Shown in pieces: positions 49,044 to 59,800 of a stretch of 64,000 bases of DNA. Numbering within the stretch: the first letter of the stretch is position 1; every line of letters begins with the position of its first letter. Made by a program: the position numbers and the translations under genes. This DNA comes from Bacteroidota bacterium (GTDB taxonomy: Bacteria; Bacteroidota; Bacteroidia; Bacteroidales; JACABE01), in contig JACABE010000003.1 in the NCBI GenBank assembly GCA_013377005.1, positions 5,036 through 69,035 of the forward strand, read 5' to 3'. The notes under the pieces are model-generated. The model was not told the origin of the DNA. It saw only the letters and a list, made by a program, of their open reading frames with translations, and did not search any database.

Positions 49044-51374
49044 TTATTTCGTTTTAATTTGATTAAAAGTGTCGTATATTCTTGAATTCAAATAAGATTT
49101 ATTATCTGACATTTCAATAGCGGAAGAGTTTACAAACTCAGTTTTTCCGGTTTCCATATTTATAAGTTCGTTGTAATATACTGTTTGAAATGCAGGTCTA
49201 ACAAAATACTGAAGTGTAACAGGCCACATCACAGGGCTTAAAGCTCCATACAAAAGCATAGAAAATGCCCGATTGTCAATACTTGATGCTTTAGCCGAAA
49301 TAACTCCGGTAATGTTCAGGTATTTTGTTTGATATTCATTAATAATAGGTTTTATTTCTTCCGAAAGAAAAAGAATCCTATCTCCGCTGATGTCCCAATT
49401 TGAAAATTCATCTGTCCAATCGTTGAGTAATAAGTGCTTGTTGTATAACGATGTGCCATTTTCTTTAAATTCAGAAGGCAATACTGTTTCCATTGTTAAA
49501 CCAACTCTTTTGGCATTTTTTTTCAGCAATTCAATAAAGCTGAGCTGACTGCTTTCTGTATCGAAAAATTTTATTTTTTGTGTTTTTCGATAATCAAATT
49601 TCATATAAAACGGATTGTAAAGTAAAACGGTATCTATTCCTAATCTACATCCAAAATTACGGTATCTATTGGTGTATAATAAATCCGATTCATCTTCTGA
49701 GTCAATATTGTCACTTTCGTCGTCTTTATAATCTTTTTGATTTTCTTTGTTAAGCTTTGCTAAGTCTTCCTTTTTTTTGCGCTGAATATTCTCAAAATTA
49801 TCAATACTTTGCTTAAATTCTGTTGAAAAATCATTGTCTTTAAGCAAATCGGCAAAAATATAGGCATAGAATTCATCTGCATTTTGAGTTTTCTTCTTTT
49901 TCTCAATATTTCTAACTTTCGACGACTGTTTTTGAATACTATCTGATTTTGGTAGTTCTGCAAGAATACTATCACCTGATTTTCGTATTTGAGGTGTATT
50001 AACAAACATGGAAAGTTTTGCTTTATTTTTCCAGACTAATTCTTTAAATAAATCGTCTTTTATGTGATTTAAATAAGCATCATTAGGATTTTTGTGATGT
50101 GCTTTCCAGACAAAGCGAAGAGCCAATGCATTTAATTCATTTTTTTTAATGTTTTTAAACAAGCTAACAACGGCATGTATTTCGCCTTCTGTTTTCTTTT
50201 CGGAAGGGAGTATATCGCTAATATTATCTCTGTTTTTGTATTTCGTCATTCCATAGAGCGAAGCAGATAGTACTTGGTCGAGAAATAAATTATTGGGATA
50301 ATCTTTTTTCATCAACCAGGCGTTGTAAAATGACATGGAAAAGTTTTGTTCAACAACGTAAAGACGAAGACATTCAAAACGAGCCATATCACGTATGGTC
50401 TTGTAATACTCTTCGCCTTGAGGGTTAATAATTTTATTTTTATTATCTATATTACTTAATCTTTCCTGCATTTGCTCGCGACGTTTTTTAATATTGGGGT
50501 GGGTTGAATTCTCATCATCATAATCGTCGCGGGCTCTGATAGGATTAATCGTTTCGGGTATGTATTTTGAAGGGAAAGTAAATAGAGAATCACTTAAAAA
50601 AGAAGGATTAAATGTCAGCTCGTCGAAAGGTAAGTATGCGTATTGTAACACATCGTAGATTTCTGTGGCCTGGTTGAGGTCGTAATTGGTTTTGATAAAA
50701 TAATCAGTAAAACCTTTTTCATCAGCTTCATTTTCCATTTCGCGAGAACGATAGTGTGTTTTGTAAAGAACTTCGTTTAAAGATGCACTTTTAAATCCTC
50801 TGTTTTCACGACTTATTTTGTCTCTTTCAAGGTATAAATCCATGCTGTGTTTTTTGATATAATGGATTAATTCGTGTGAGATAATAAAAGCCAGTTGTGA
50901 TTCGCTGCCAGCCTGAGCAATTAAACCAAGATTTACAAATAATATCCCTTTGTCAGTAGCTGAAGCATTAACAGTTGGAGTTTTGAGTATGTAAATCCTT
51001 ATTTGTTTACGCAATTCGGGTTCGTTGATAAGAATCTTATCGGTAATTTTCTCAATATATGTATTCAAAGGTGTATTGTACAATACTTTGCCGCTCAACA
51101 GTATTTGATTGATAAAATAATTGCTTTCCTGCAAAAATTTGTCTTTTGTTTTATTTACATGCCCGGATTGATTGGCTTTGTTTTTATCTAATTCTGCTTT
51201 TTCATTGTTATAAGCTTGAGTAAATTGAGTACACAAGTCGTTCGGTATTTCACCTGTTGCTTTTACGCTAACATAATTAGTTGCGAAATCTTTGGTAGTA
51301 GGTTGTTTTTGTGCAAATAAGTTGTTTGAAAAAAGGAATATCAGCAATAAAAAAAGGTGTAAACGCTTTTTCAT
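49044..51374 (-). CDS. M48-like zinc metallopeptidase, secreted, with long C-terminal region
   Basis: Signal peptide, and ISHELIHYIKKH (HExxH) with downstream ENEADEKG. 776 aa. Confidence 0.6.
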   Translation of the reverse strand: MKKRLHLFLLLIFLFSNNLFAQKQPTTKDFATNYVSVKATGEIPNDLCTQFTQAYNNEKAELDKNKANQSGHVNKTKDKFLQESNYFINQILLSGKVLYNTPLNTYIEKITDKILINEPELRKQIRIYILKTPTVNASATDKGILFVNLGLIAQAGSESQLAFIISHELIHYIKKHSMDLYLERDKISRENRGFKSASLNEVLYKTHYRSREMENEADEKGFTDYFIKTNYDLNQATEIYDVLQYAYLPFDELTFNPSFLSDSLFTFPSKYIPETINPIRARDDYDDENSTHPNIKKRREQMQERLSNIDNKNKIINPQGEEYYKTIRDMARFECLRLYVVEQNFSMSFYNAWLMKKDYPNNLFLDQVLSASLYGMTKYKNRDNISDILPSEKKTEGEIHAVVSLFKNIKKNELNALALRFVWKAHHKNPNDAYLNHIKDDLFKELVWKNKAKLSMFVNTPQIRKSGDSILAELPKSDSIQKQSSKVRNIEKKKKTQNADEFYAYIFADLLKDNDFSTEFKQSIDNFENIQRKKKEDLAKLNKENQKDYKDDESDNIDSEDESDLLYTNRYRNFGCRLGIDTVLLYNPFYMKFDYRKTQKIKFFDTESSQLSFIELLKKNAKRVGLTMETVLPSEFKENGTSLYNKHLLLNDWTDEFSNWDISGDRILFLSEEIKPIINEYQTKYLNITGVISAKASSIDNRAFSMLLYGALSPVMWPVTLQYFVRPAFQTVYYNELINMETGKTEFVNSSAIEMSDNKSYLNSRIYDTFNQIKTK

Positions 51375-51555
51375 AAATAGTTTAAATTGGTTGAGATTAA
51401 TTAATTTGCAAATCTATTATTATTTTCGAAAAGAAAAAATAAATAGGCTTTATTGTTTTAATTATACAGTTATTTTAGAATCAATTTATTATAAAAATGA
51501 ACTTTTGATTCAGATTATTTATTAAACTTTTTCTCAAAATCATTGTTTTTTCATC

Positions 51556-51563
51556 TATTTTTG
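51556..51563 (+). promoter_or_regulatory. TATTTTTG promoter motif for bcp-recA
   Basis: TAnnTTTG, 19 nt upstream of ATG 51582. Confidence 0.45.
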
Positions 51564-51581
51564 TATAAAAAATATAAAAAG

Positions 51582-52058
51582 ATGTTACATTTAAAAGAAG
51601 GCGATAAAGCTCCTGATATAAAAGCAAAAGACCAATTTGGCAATACAATAGATTTGACTGATTTTAATGGAAGTAAAGTTATTTTATACTTTTATCCTAA
51701 AGATAATACTCCTGGATGTTCTGCCGAAGCTTGCAATTTGCGTGATAATTATCAGGATTTGATAAATAAAGGATTTAAGATTATAGGAGTAAGTGCTGAT
51801 GATGAAATTTTGCATCAAAGTTTTACCGAAAAATTCAGCTTACCATTTCCATTAATACCAGATACTGAGAAAAAAATTATTTTAGATTATGATGTTTGGG
51901 GTGAGAAAAAATTTATGGGAAAAACATATTTTGGTATTCATAGGATAACTTTCGTAATTGATGAAAATGGAGTTATTCTGAAAATATTTACAAAAGTGGA
52001 TACCAAAAATCATACTACTCAAATTCTGAAAGAATTAAAATTAAATCAACATAATTAA
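51582..52058 (+). CDS. bcp: thioredoxin-dependent thiol peroxidase (peroxiredoxin Bcp)
   Basis: [15 protein letters not shown] peroxidatic Cys motif. The start is moved to [12 protein letters not shown]. Confidence 0.88.
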   Translation: MLHLKEGDKAPDIKAKDQFGNTIDLTDFNGSKVILYFYPKDNTPGCSAEACNLRDNYQDLINKGFKIIGVSADDEILHQSFTEKFSLPFPLIPDTEKKIILDYDVWGEKKFMGKTYFGIHRITFVIDENGVILKIFTKVDTKNHTTQILKELKLNQHN

Positions 52059-52078
52059 GAACGATTAAAAAATATATT

Positions 52079-53095
52079 ATGAGCAAAGAAAATTCTGAAA
52101 ATCAGGATAAAAAAGAAAAATTAAAAGCCCTGCAATTAACCTTAGATAAAATTGAAAAGAACTATGGAAAAGGGTCTATCATGAAATTGGGCGATCATCC
52201 TGTTGAAGCAGTAGAGTTTATTTCTACAGGTTCAATAGGACTTGATGTAGCGCTGGGAATTGGCGGATTGCCAAAAGGAAGAGTGATAGAGATATATGGT
52301 CCGGAATCTTCCGGAAAAACAACTTTAGCTATTCATGCCATTGCTGAAGCTCAAAAGGCAGGTGGAATTGCAGCTTTTATTGATGCAGAACATGCTTTCG
52401 ATAGTTCTTATGCAAAAAAATTAGGTGTTGACATAGATAATTTATTTGTTTCTCAACCAGATAATGGCGAACAAGCACTTGAAATTACAGAGAATCTTAT
52501 TCGCTCAGGTGCAATTGATATTATTGTTATTGACTCAGTAGCTGCCCTTACTCCCAAAAGTGAAATTGAAGGTGAAATGGGTGATTCCAAAATGGGTTTA
52601 CAGGCAAGATTAATGTCGCAAGCATTAAGAAAACTAACAGGAACTATCAGTAAAACAAATTGTTGTTGTATTTTTATCAATCAATTGCGTGAAAAAATTG
52701 GTGTTATGTTTGGTAATCCTGAAACTACTACAGGTGGAAATGCTTTAAAATTTTACGCTTCTGTAAGATTAGATATCCGTAAAGTTAGTCAGATTAAAGA
52801 TGCCGAAAACGTTATTGGAAACAGAGTAAAAGTTAAAGTGGTGAAAAACAAAGTAGCACCACCTTTCCGTATGGCTGAGTTTGATTTAATGTATGGTGAA
52901 GGGTTTTCTAAAATTGGTGAAATTATTGATTTAGGCGTTACTTTTAACATTATTAAGAAAAGTGGTTCGTGGTTTAGTTACGGAGAAACCAAATTGGGAC
53001 AAGGCAGAGATGGCGTAAAACAATTGCTTACCGATAATCCTGAGTTAGCTGAAGAACTTGAAGTTAAAATCAGAGAAAGCATTTCTCAAATCTAA
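52079..53095 (+). CDS. recA: recombinase RecA
   Basis: GPESSGKTT Walker [46 protein letters not shown]. Confidence 0.97.
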   Translation: MSKENSENQDKKEKLKALQLTLDKIEKNYGKGSIMKLGDHPVEAVEFISTGSIGLDVALGIGGLPKGRVIEIYGPESSGKTTLAIHAIAEAQKAGGIAAFIDAEHAFDSSYAKKLGVDIDNLFVSQPDNGEQALEITENLIRSGAIDIIVIDSVAALTPKSEIEGEMGDSKMGLQARLMSQALRKLTGTISKTNCCCIFINQLREKIGVMFGNPETTTGGNALKFYASVRLDIRKVSQIKDAENVIGNRVKVKVVKNKVAPPFRMAEFDLMYGEGFSKIGEIIDLGVTFNIIKKSGSWFSYGETKLGQGRDGVKQLLTDNPELAEELEVKIRESISQI

Positions 53096-53133
53096 GAAGT
53101 TGAGTTAAATTATATACTTCATTAATTATTAAT

Positions 53134-53171
53134 AAAAAGTAGAATCAAAGGAAATTTGGTTCTACTTTTTT
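53134..53171 (+). terminator. Rho-independent terminator after recA
   Basis: 11-bp stem AAAAAGTAGAA / TTCTACTTTTT around TCAAAGGAAATTTGG (inner CAAA/TTTG pairing), ending in a T-run. Confidence 0.75.
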
Positions 53172-53276
53172 AGCTTGTAATAGAATAAGAGTTTCAACCA
53201 AACGTTTAATTTTAGTGTCTACATTTTTACTTCCAATTTCCTCAATTTATTCAATAATTATCTATTTTTTAATGTA

Positions 53277-54239
53277 TTACCATTTTTCATTCATCCGTTT
53301 CAAATGTTCATCTTTAGTTTGAAATGTCCAGGCAATGATGCGACTTTTTTTATTACCTTGTCCCATCGGAATCAATTCTATTTCAGTGGCTTCTGTCTTA
53401 CGAAGTGCATCATAAACAACATTCATACTTGCTTCTTTGGATATCAGGCTGGAAAACCACAAGCATTTTAATGAAAATTGTCTGCTTTGATGAATCATAT
53501 TGCTAACAAATTTTGCTTCACCTCCTTCGCACCAAAGTTCAGTATTTTGTCCTCCAAAATTGAGTTTTGCTTGTGTGATTCTTTTTCGGTTTAAGTTGCT
53601 TAATTTACGCAATGTTCCTGCCTTAGCTTCTTCGGGCGAAGCATGAAATGGTGGATTGCATATTGTTATATCAAAATATTCATCATTAGAAATAATTCCT
53701 CTGAAAAAATCTTGTTTGTTGGGTTGCAATATTACTTCAACTTTTTCTTTTAAAAAAGGGTTCTTTTCAATGATATTGTTGGCTGAATTAATAGCTACGG
53801 TATCAATGTCAGATCCTTTAAACAACCATCCATATTCTTTATTGCCGATAATAGGATACACGCAATTGGCACCTACACCTATATCAAGACATTTAACATG
53901 ATTTCCTTTCGGAATTTTTCTATTATTGTGTTTACCCAATAGATCAGCTATATAATGAATATAATCTGCTCTTCCCGGAATTGGTGGACACAAATAGTTC
54001 TGAGGAATTTCCCAGTAATCTATATCATAATAGTATTTTAACAATGCTTTATTCAGCATCTTCACAGCATCAGGATTAAAAAAATCTATGGATTCATCAT
54101 TATATGCATTTAAATAAACAAAAGAAGCCAATTCAGGACAACTATCAATCAATTCTTTAAAATCATAGCGTTTTTTGTGTCTGTTTCGCAGATGTAATTC
54201 TGATTTTTCTGTTGGATGTACTTTCTTTTTATAAAGCAT
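53277..54239 (-). CDS. rlmF: 23S rRNA (adenine1618-N6)-methyltransferase
   Basis: LDIGVGANCVYP SAM motif, CNPPFH catalytic motif, RlmF-like length and layout. Confidence 0.85.
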   Translation of the reverse strand: MLYKKKVHPTEKSELHLRNRHKKRYDFKELIDSCPELASFVYLNAYNDESIDFFNPDAVKMLNKALLKYYYDIDYWEIPQNYLCPPIPGRADYIHYIADLLGKHNNRKIPKGNHVKCLDIGVGANCVYPIIGNKEYGWLFKGSDIDTVAINSANNIIEKNPFLKEKVEVILQPNKQDFFRGIISNDEYFDITICNPPFHASPEEAKAGTLRKLSNLNRKRITQAKLNFGGQNTELWCEGGEAKFVSNMIHQSRQFSLKCLWFSSLISKEASMNVVYDALRKTEATEIELIPMGQGNKKSRIIAWTFQTKDEHLKRMNEKW

Positions 54240-54298
54240 AAATTTACACTATAAATCTGTTGCTGTTTTGTTTACTTACTTCTTTTAGCACTTTAAGC

Positions 54299-55897
54299 TT
54301 ATAATCCCATTAGTTTTATTACTTCCAAAACACTATAATGATTGATATTACAAACTTTTGCATTTTTTAGCTGCCATTTTTCTGTTACAGCCATTACAAA
54401 ATCTTCTCTTACTGCCAAAACTATTGTTTTTTGAAATGATTCCAGCAAATTTGTAACACTTTCTGCCCAGCCTTTATCTTGTATTTCTAGCATTCCAACC
54501 TCATCTATAAAAACAATGTTAGCATTAGTTACACTTTCGGTACTAAGTGCTTTTTTCCCAAAATCAAATGCATTATTATTAAAATAAAAAGAACCAAATT
54601 TTTGCTGATTTTCGTTGTCAACAATATTACATAATTCCATTCTTTGATTTGTTTTAATATCAATGATATCGAAATGATGGCGTTTGTTATTCTCCCAAAA
54701 CCCAAGCTGAAGGATACCTGCTGTTTCTGCTTTTTTTTCTTTAAAATTATTTACCATTTCCAATAAAAAAGTAGTTTTACCTTCTCCTTTTTTGCCTGTA
54801 ATAATAACAATATCTCCTTTTTCTGTATTCTTATTGCTAAAATGTTCCAACCAGCCTTCGGCTTGATTGATTAAAGCTGCCAATGATTGCATAGGATTGC
54901 TGATAAATTTGCGAGGGGAAGCCATATCGGAAATAATAGAAGGCAAAGCCTCAAATGCCAACTCCAAAGAAAGATATACTTTTTCCAATTTTTTGTTTCC
55001 AAAAATCAATTTGATGTAAGGATTCCTGAGTTCAACGCTTAGCGATGCAAATCCCAATACAATTATAATAGCTCTCACGTTCATTTTTAAGCCTGTAATA
55101 ATGCCCTGACTTGTAAAAAAATTACCACTTTCATGTAAATTACTCAAAAAAAGGCCAGCAAGTAGTGTAATTACAAAAAACTGTATCCAAAGCATAGGTT
55201 TTTTCAATCTTTTGAGTGAAGAGCGGTAAAAAGTTACTGATAATGCAACATAACCAAGCATTAATAAAGTCCCGATTAAAATATTAAATTGATTTATAAA
55301 AGCCAAACCAATGATAATTATAATAATATGAAAAAAAAGCAATGGAATTGAGAAATGCTGTAAGGTATTGCTGGCAAAAATATTTGTAGTTGGTTTACTG
55401 ATAATATTAGTTTGTAGAAGTTGTTTCCGGTATTTTTTATGCGTTAAATAACCCAGTAAAGCTGCAAGCATACCAACTATCATGTAAAATATGGCAAAGC
55501 CGATGATAAGATGCCATGATTGAGATGCTGTTGAATTGAGTTGTTTGGATACAAAAATATAGAGTTTGTCGTACAATACAGCCAAATCAAAACCATAAGT
55601 AATTAATAGATTTGAAATTTTATAAAACAGACTGAATAATACTGCCAAACCACCACCCAACATATATGATATTAAATTTGCTCCCAATAAACGGATAACC
55701 ATTTCCATCAGTAAACCTTCTGCAAATATGCTAATCATCGGACCAAAAATCATGGCACTGGGTGAAACAGATTTCATTAAAGCACAAATTAATGCAGCTC
55801 GCCAAATTAAACCTTTTTCTGTCCATAATCTATATCCTGCAACCATCAGAATAACTCCAAAGGCTGACAAAAAGGTTCCTGAAAGCGGAACTCTCAA
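54299..55897 (-). CDS. polytopic membrane domain fused to C-terminal THEP1/NTPase_1-like P-loop NTPase; the true N-terminus probably lies upstream (frame open to 55966, in-frame TGA 55967-55969, ATG 56003-56005)
   Basis: About 10 TM segments, then Walker A ITGKKGEGKTT and Walker B-like IVFIDEVGMLE. The track start is a TTG in the middle of what reads as the first TM helix. Confidence 0.7.
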   Translation of the reverse strand: MRVPLSGTFLSAFGVILMVAGYRLWTEKGLIWRAALICALMKSVSPSAMIFGPMISIFAEGLLMEMVIRLLGANLISYMLGGGLAVLFSLFYKISNLLITYGFDLAVLYDKLYIFVSKQLNSTASQSWHLIIGFAIFYMIVGMLAALLGYLTHKKYRKQLLQTNIISKPTTNIFASNTLQHFSIPLLFFHIIIIIIGLAFINQFNILIGTLLMLGYVALSVTFYRSSLKRLKKPMLWIQFFVITLLAGLFLSNLHESGNFFTSQGIITGLKMNVRAIIIVLGFASLSVELRNPYIKLIFGNKKLEKVYLSLELAFEALPSIISDMASPRKFISNPMQSLAALINQAEGWLEHFSNKNTEKGDIVIITGKKGEGKTTFLLEMVNNFKEKKAETAGILQLGFWENNKRHHFDIIDIKTNQRMELCNIVDNENQQKFGSFYFNNNAFDFGKKALSTESVTNANIVFIDEVGMLEIQDKGWAESVTNLLESFQKTIVLAVREDFVMAVTEKWQLKNAKVCNINHYSVLEVIKLMGL

Positions 55898-56042
55898 ATT
55901 GTGTAAAAAACTTCCCAGTATGATTTCAACTGCACCCCATAAACTTCCAAGTACCGAAGCTTTCAGTCAGATTGTATCTAATGTTTTGCTAGTATTATTT
56001 CCCATTATCTTTTATTTTACCATCACTTACCAACCTAACAAT

Positions 56043-56624
56043 TCAAACATTTATTAATTTCTGATAATCATCCATTGTATTAATATTATACAATATCTCA
56101 GGATGTTCAACAGCAATGGCTTTACGTTGAAATTGTCTCAATACTTCATTTAATCTTTGTTTTTCAATATTTAAATTACAAACATATTCAATAATCTCTT
56201 TGTTAATTAAAATAGGATGTCCACTTTTGTCTTTGTAAGTTGGTGTTACAAAACTTTTATTATTTTTATATTTATAAATTTCTTTTAATAGCTTTGTTTC
56301 AATAAAAGGATTATCAATAGCTTGAATAAAGCAATACGGACTGCTTTTTATAGCTTTCAATCCCAATTGAATGGAATGCATCCGTTCCAATTCGGGATAA
56401 TGGTTTAAAATAAAATGAACAGAAGATGTTGAAAATGTTTTAAAATAGTCAAAAGTATCTTCATTTAGCGTTACAATAATTTCTCTACAACCAAAATCAG
56501 TGTAAGTTGCTATTATCTTCTGAAGGAAATTCATTTTGTTGTCCCACTTCAGCAATGCTTTCGGGACACCCATTCTTCCGGATAAGCCAGCAGCAGTGAT
56601 AAGAACAGCACAATCGGATTTCAT
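56043..56624 (-). CDS. MobA-like NTP transferase, MocA/YgfJ-type molybdenum cofactor cytidylyltransferase candidate
   Basis: VLITAAGLSGRMGVPKALLKW N-terminal nucleotidyltransferase motif, about 190 aa. The start is moved to MKSDCAVL (ATG 56622-56624) because TAAGTTTG lies 25 nt upstream and covers the track TTG start at 56651. Confidence 0.75.
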   Translation of the reverse strand: MKSDCAVLITAAGLSGRMGVPKALLKWDNKMNFLQKIIATYTDFGCREIIVTLNEDTFDYFKTFSTSSVHFILNHYPELERMHSIQLGLKAIKSSPYCFIQAIDNPFIETKLLKEIYKYKNNKSFVTPTYKDKSGHPILINKEIIEYVCNLNIEKQRLNEVLRQFQRKAIAVEHPEILYNINTMDDYQKLINV

Positions 56625-56648
56625 ATTTGTATTTTTATAATAAGACTG

Positions 56649-56656
56649 CAAACTTA
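56649..56656 (-). promoter_or_regulatory. TAAGTTTG promoter motif for the mocA-like / membrane-NTPase transcription unit
   Basis: Forward caaactta is TAAGTTTG on the minus strand, 25 nt upstream of ATG 56624. Confidence 0.4.
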
Positions 56657-56761
56657 CATTATTTGTAGTAAATCAGCTTGATTTTATACTCCTTTTAATT
56701 AATAACACAGGAAGAATCGTTTTTTTAACATGGTAAATATATTGTGTTTTATTATTTTTTG

Positions 56762-56769
56762 TAAATTTG
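56762..56769 (+). promoter_or_regulatory. TAAATTTG promoter motif for the ygfK-like gene
   Basis: Exact TAnnTTTG, 34 nt upstream of ATG 56803, and divergent from the mocA-like promoter. Confidence 0.45.
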
Positions 56770-56802
56770 TAGGTCATAAATAGAATTTATAACCAAATAA
56801 AT

Positions 56803-59800
56803 ATGACAGACAAATTTGCTATTTTACCTCTTAAAGAACTCATACAATTTATATTACATAAAGAAAACCAAGGCGAAATATTAGGTATTCCAAAAGAAGT
56901 TTTTTATCAACCTTCCGATACCCGTTTTCAATTAAAACGCTATAATCAACTGCTTGATATACCATTAGGTGTTGCTGCGGGTCCTCATAGTCAAATGGCT
57001 CAAAATATTGTCGGTGCCTGGCTTTGTGGAGCAAGATATATTGAATTAAAAACCATACAAACATTAGATGAGCTCAACGTAAGCAAACCCTGTATTGATG
57101 CTGCCGACGAAGGTTATAACTGTGAATGGTCGCAGGAACTGAAAGTGGCAGAATCTTATGATCAATACCTGAATGCATGGATTATCATTCATTTACTGCA
57201 ACATAAATTTGGATGGAAAAAAGATGTTGGCTGTATTTTTAATATGAGTGCAGGTTACAATATGGAAGGCCTGTTGAAAGAAAATGTACAATGGTTTTTC
57301 AATAAAATGAATGATTGCAGTATAGAAAAGGCAGAAAAGATAAAATCAATCATCAGTATTTTCCCATGGGCAAATGATGTTAATATTCCTGATTGTATTT
57401 CTGATAATATCACACTCTCCACTATGCATGGCTGTCCACCGGATGAAATTGAGAAAATCGGACTGTATCTGATAAAGGATAAGAAATTTCACACTACCAT
57501 TAAGCTAAATCCTACACTTTTAGGAAAAGAACAATTGCGCAAAATATTAAATAAAGATTTGGGGTTTAAAACCATAGTCCCAGACGAAGCTTTTGAACAT
57601 GATTTAAAATATCCTGATGCTATCAAAATTATTCAAAAATTAACTACAGAAGCTGCAAACAACAAAGTTGATTTCAACATAAAGCTTACAAACACATTAG
57701 AATCTATCAATATTCGTGCTGTATTACCTGAACACGAAAGCATGAATTATATGAGTGGAAGGGCATTGCACCCCATCAGTGTACAATTGGCAGCTCTTTT
57801 ACAACATGATTTTAAGGGCAAACTGGACATATCCTTTTCCGCCGGTGCCGATTGCTATAATTTCCCTGAATTAATTGCCTGTGGCTTAAAACCGGTTACC
57901 GTTTGTACTGATTTATTGAAACCAGGCGGTTATATGCGGCTGAAACAATATGCCGATGAACTTACCCACAGTTTTGACAATTACAATGCCGCTTCTGTCG
58001 ATGATTTTATTATTCAATACAATAACAATCAAACGGAGGATGTTGAAATAGCTGCACTTGAAAATCTAAAACGTTATGCAGCTAAAGTAAGCGACTTTTC
58101 AGAATATCAAAAAACAAGTTTAAATGACCTTTCGATTAAGACTAATCGAAGTTTAGGCTATTTCGATTGTATTGCAGCACCTTGTGTGGATACTTGTCCT
58201 ACTAATCAGAATATTCCATCGTATATGTATCATACAGCTACTGAAAACCCTGATTTAGCTTATGAGGAAATTATAAAAACCAATCCTTTTCCCACAGTTA
58301 CAGGTATGATTTGTGATCATCCCTGTCAAATGAAATGTACACGCATGAATTATGACGATGCATTAAAAATAAGGGAAGTGAAGCGGTTTGTTGCTGAGAA
58401 TGCTATTAATAATGAACAGATAGAACAAAAAAAGCAAGGAATCAAAGCTGTAGTTATCGGTGCAGGACCTTCGGGATTGAGTTGTGCGTATTATCTGGCT
58501 TTGGCCGGTTTTCAGGTAAATGTATATGAAGAAAAAGTCAATGCAGGTGGTATGGTTCAGTCGGTAATACCCGGTTTTAGATTAACAGATGAAAGCATTG
58601 CTACTGACATTAAAAGAATTCAGGAGGCTGGTGTGGAAATACATTACGGTCATAAAGTGGATAAAGCATTTTTCAACGAACTGTGCAAAGAAAACGAATA
58701 CATTTATATAGCTACTGGTGCTCAATTGTCAAAAAAACTTGATTTTACGCCAGGGGAAGCCGTTGATGGTTTGCTCGATCCTCTGGTATTTCTTCATTTG
58801 GCAAAAACAAGTCAAAATACAGGTCTTGGCAAAAATGTTGCAATTATAGGTGGCGGAAATACTGCCATGGATGCTGCACGTACTGCATGGCGTTTGGTAG
58901 GCCAAGATGGCAGTGTTACTATTATTTATCGCAGAACTATTGCTGAAATGCCTGCCGATGCAGGAGAAATTAGAGCTGTGATGGAAGAAGGTATTAAAAT
59001 ACTTGAGCTTACACTTCCAGAATCTCTTTTGATTGAAAATGGATGTGTGAAAGGTATCCATTGCTCAGCTATGGAACTGAAAGCCAAAGGCAGTGATAGC
59101 CGATCACAGGTTGTGAAACTTGAAAATTCTGAATTTGATTTGTATTTCGACACCATCATTCCTGCCATCGGTCAGGATTTAGCAATCGATTTCCTCGATA
59201 AAACAATGCTGAAAGCCATTCCCGGAGAATATAAAACCAAAGTACCGGGAATTTATATTGGAGGTGATGCACTCAGAGGTGCTGCCACTGCCATCAATGC
59301 AATAGGCGATGGCAGAAAAACTGCAGAAATTATTATCAAAACTGCAAAAGTTACAAGTGAAGCTCTTGATAATACAACCCAAAAAGACTTAAGCTACCAT
59401 GAGTTGATGATTAAAAAATCCAAACGTATAAAAACAGAGCCACAACATGAAAAACCTGTAGCATTGAGAAGAAATTTTGAAGCAGTTAGCTTTCCGCTCA
59501 ATGAAAAGGAGGCCATTCGTGAAGCTTCCCGTTGTTTGTACTGTGACGTGGTTTGTAATATTTGTGTAACAGTTTGTCCTAATTTTGCCAATTATGCCTA
59601 TCAGGTAAAACCACAAATCATTCATCTTCCCAAAGCAATTGTCACAGACAAAGGGATAGTTCTTGAAAATGATAAAATCTTTGAAATTAAACAATCAACG
59701 CAGATTATCAACATTACAGATTTCTGCAATGAATGTGGCAATTGTCAGACGTTTTGCCCTACATCCGGAGCTCCTTTTAAAGACAAACCTCATTTTTATC

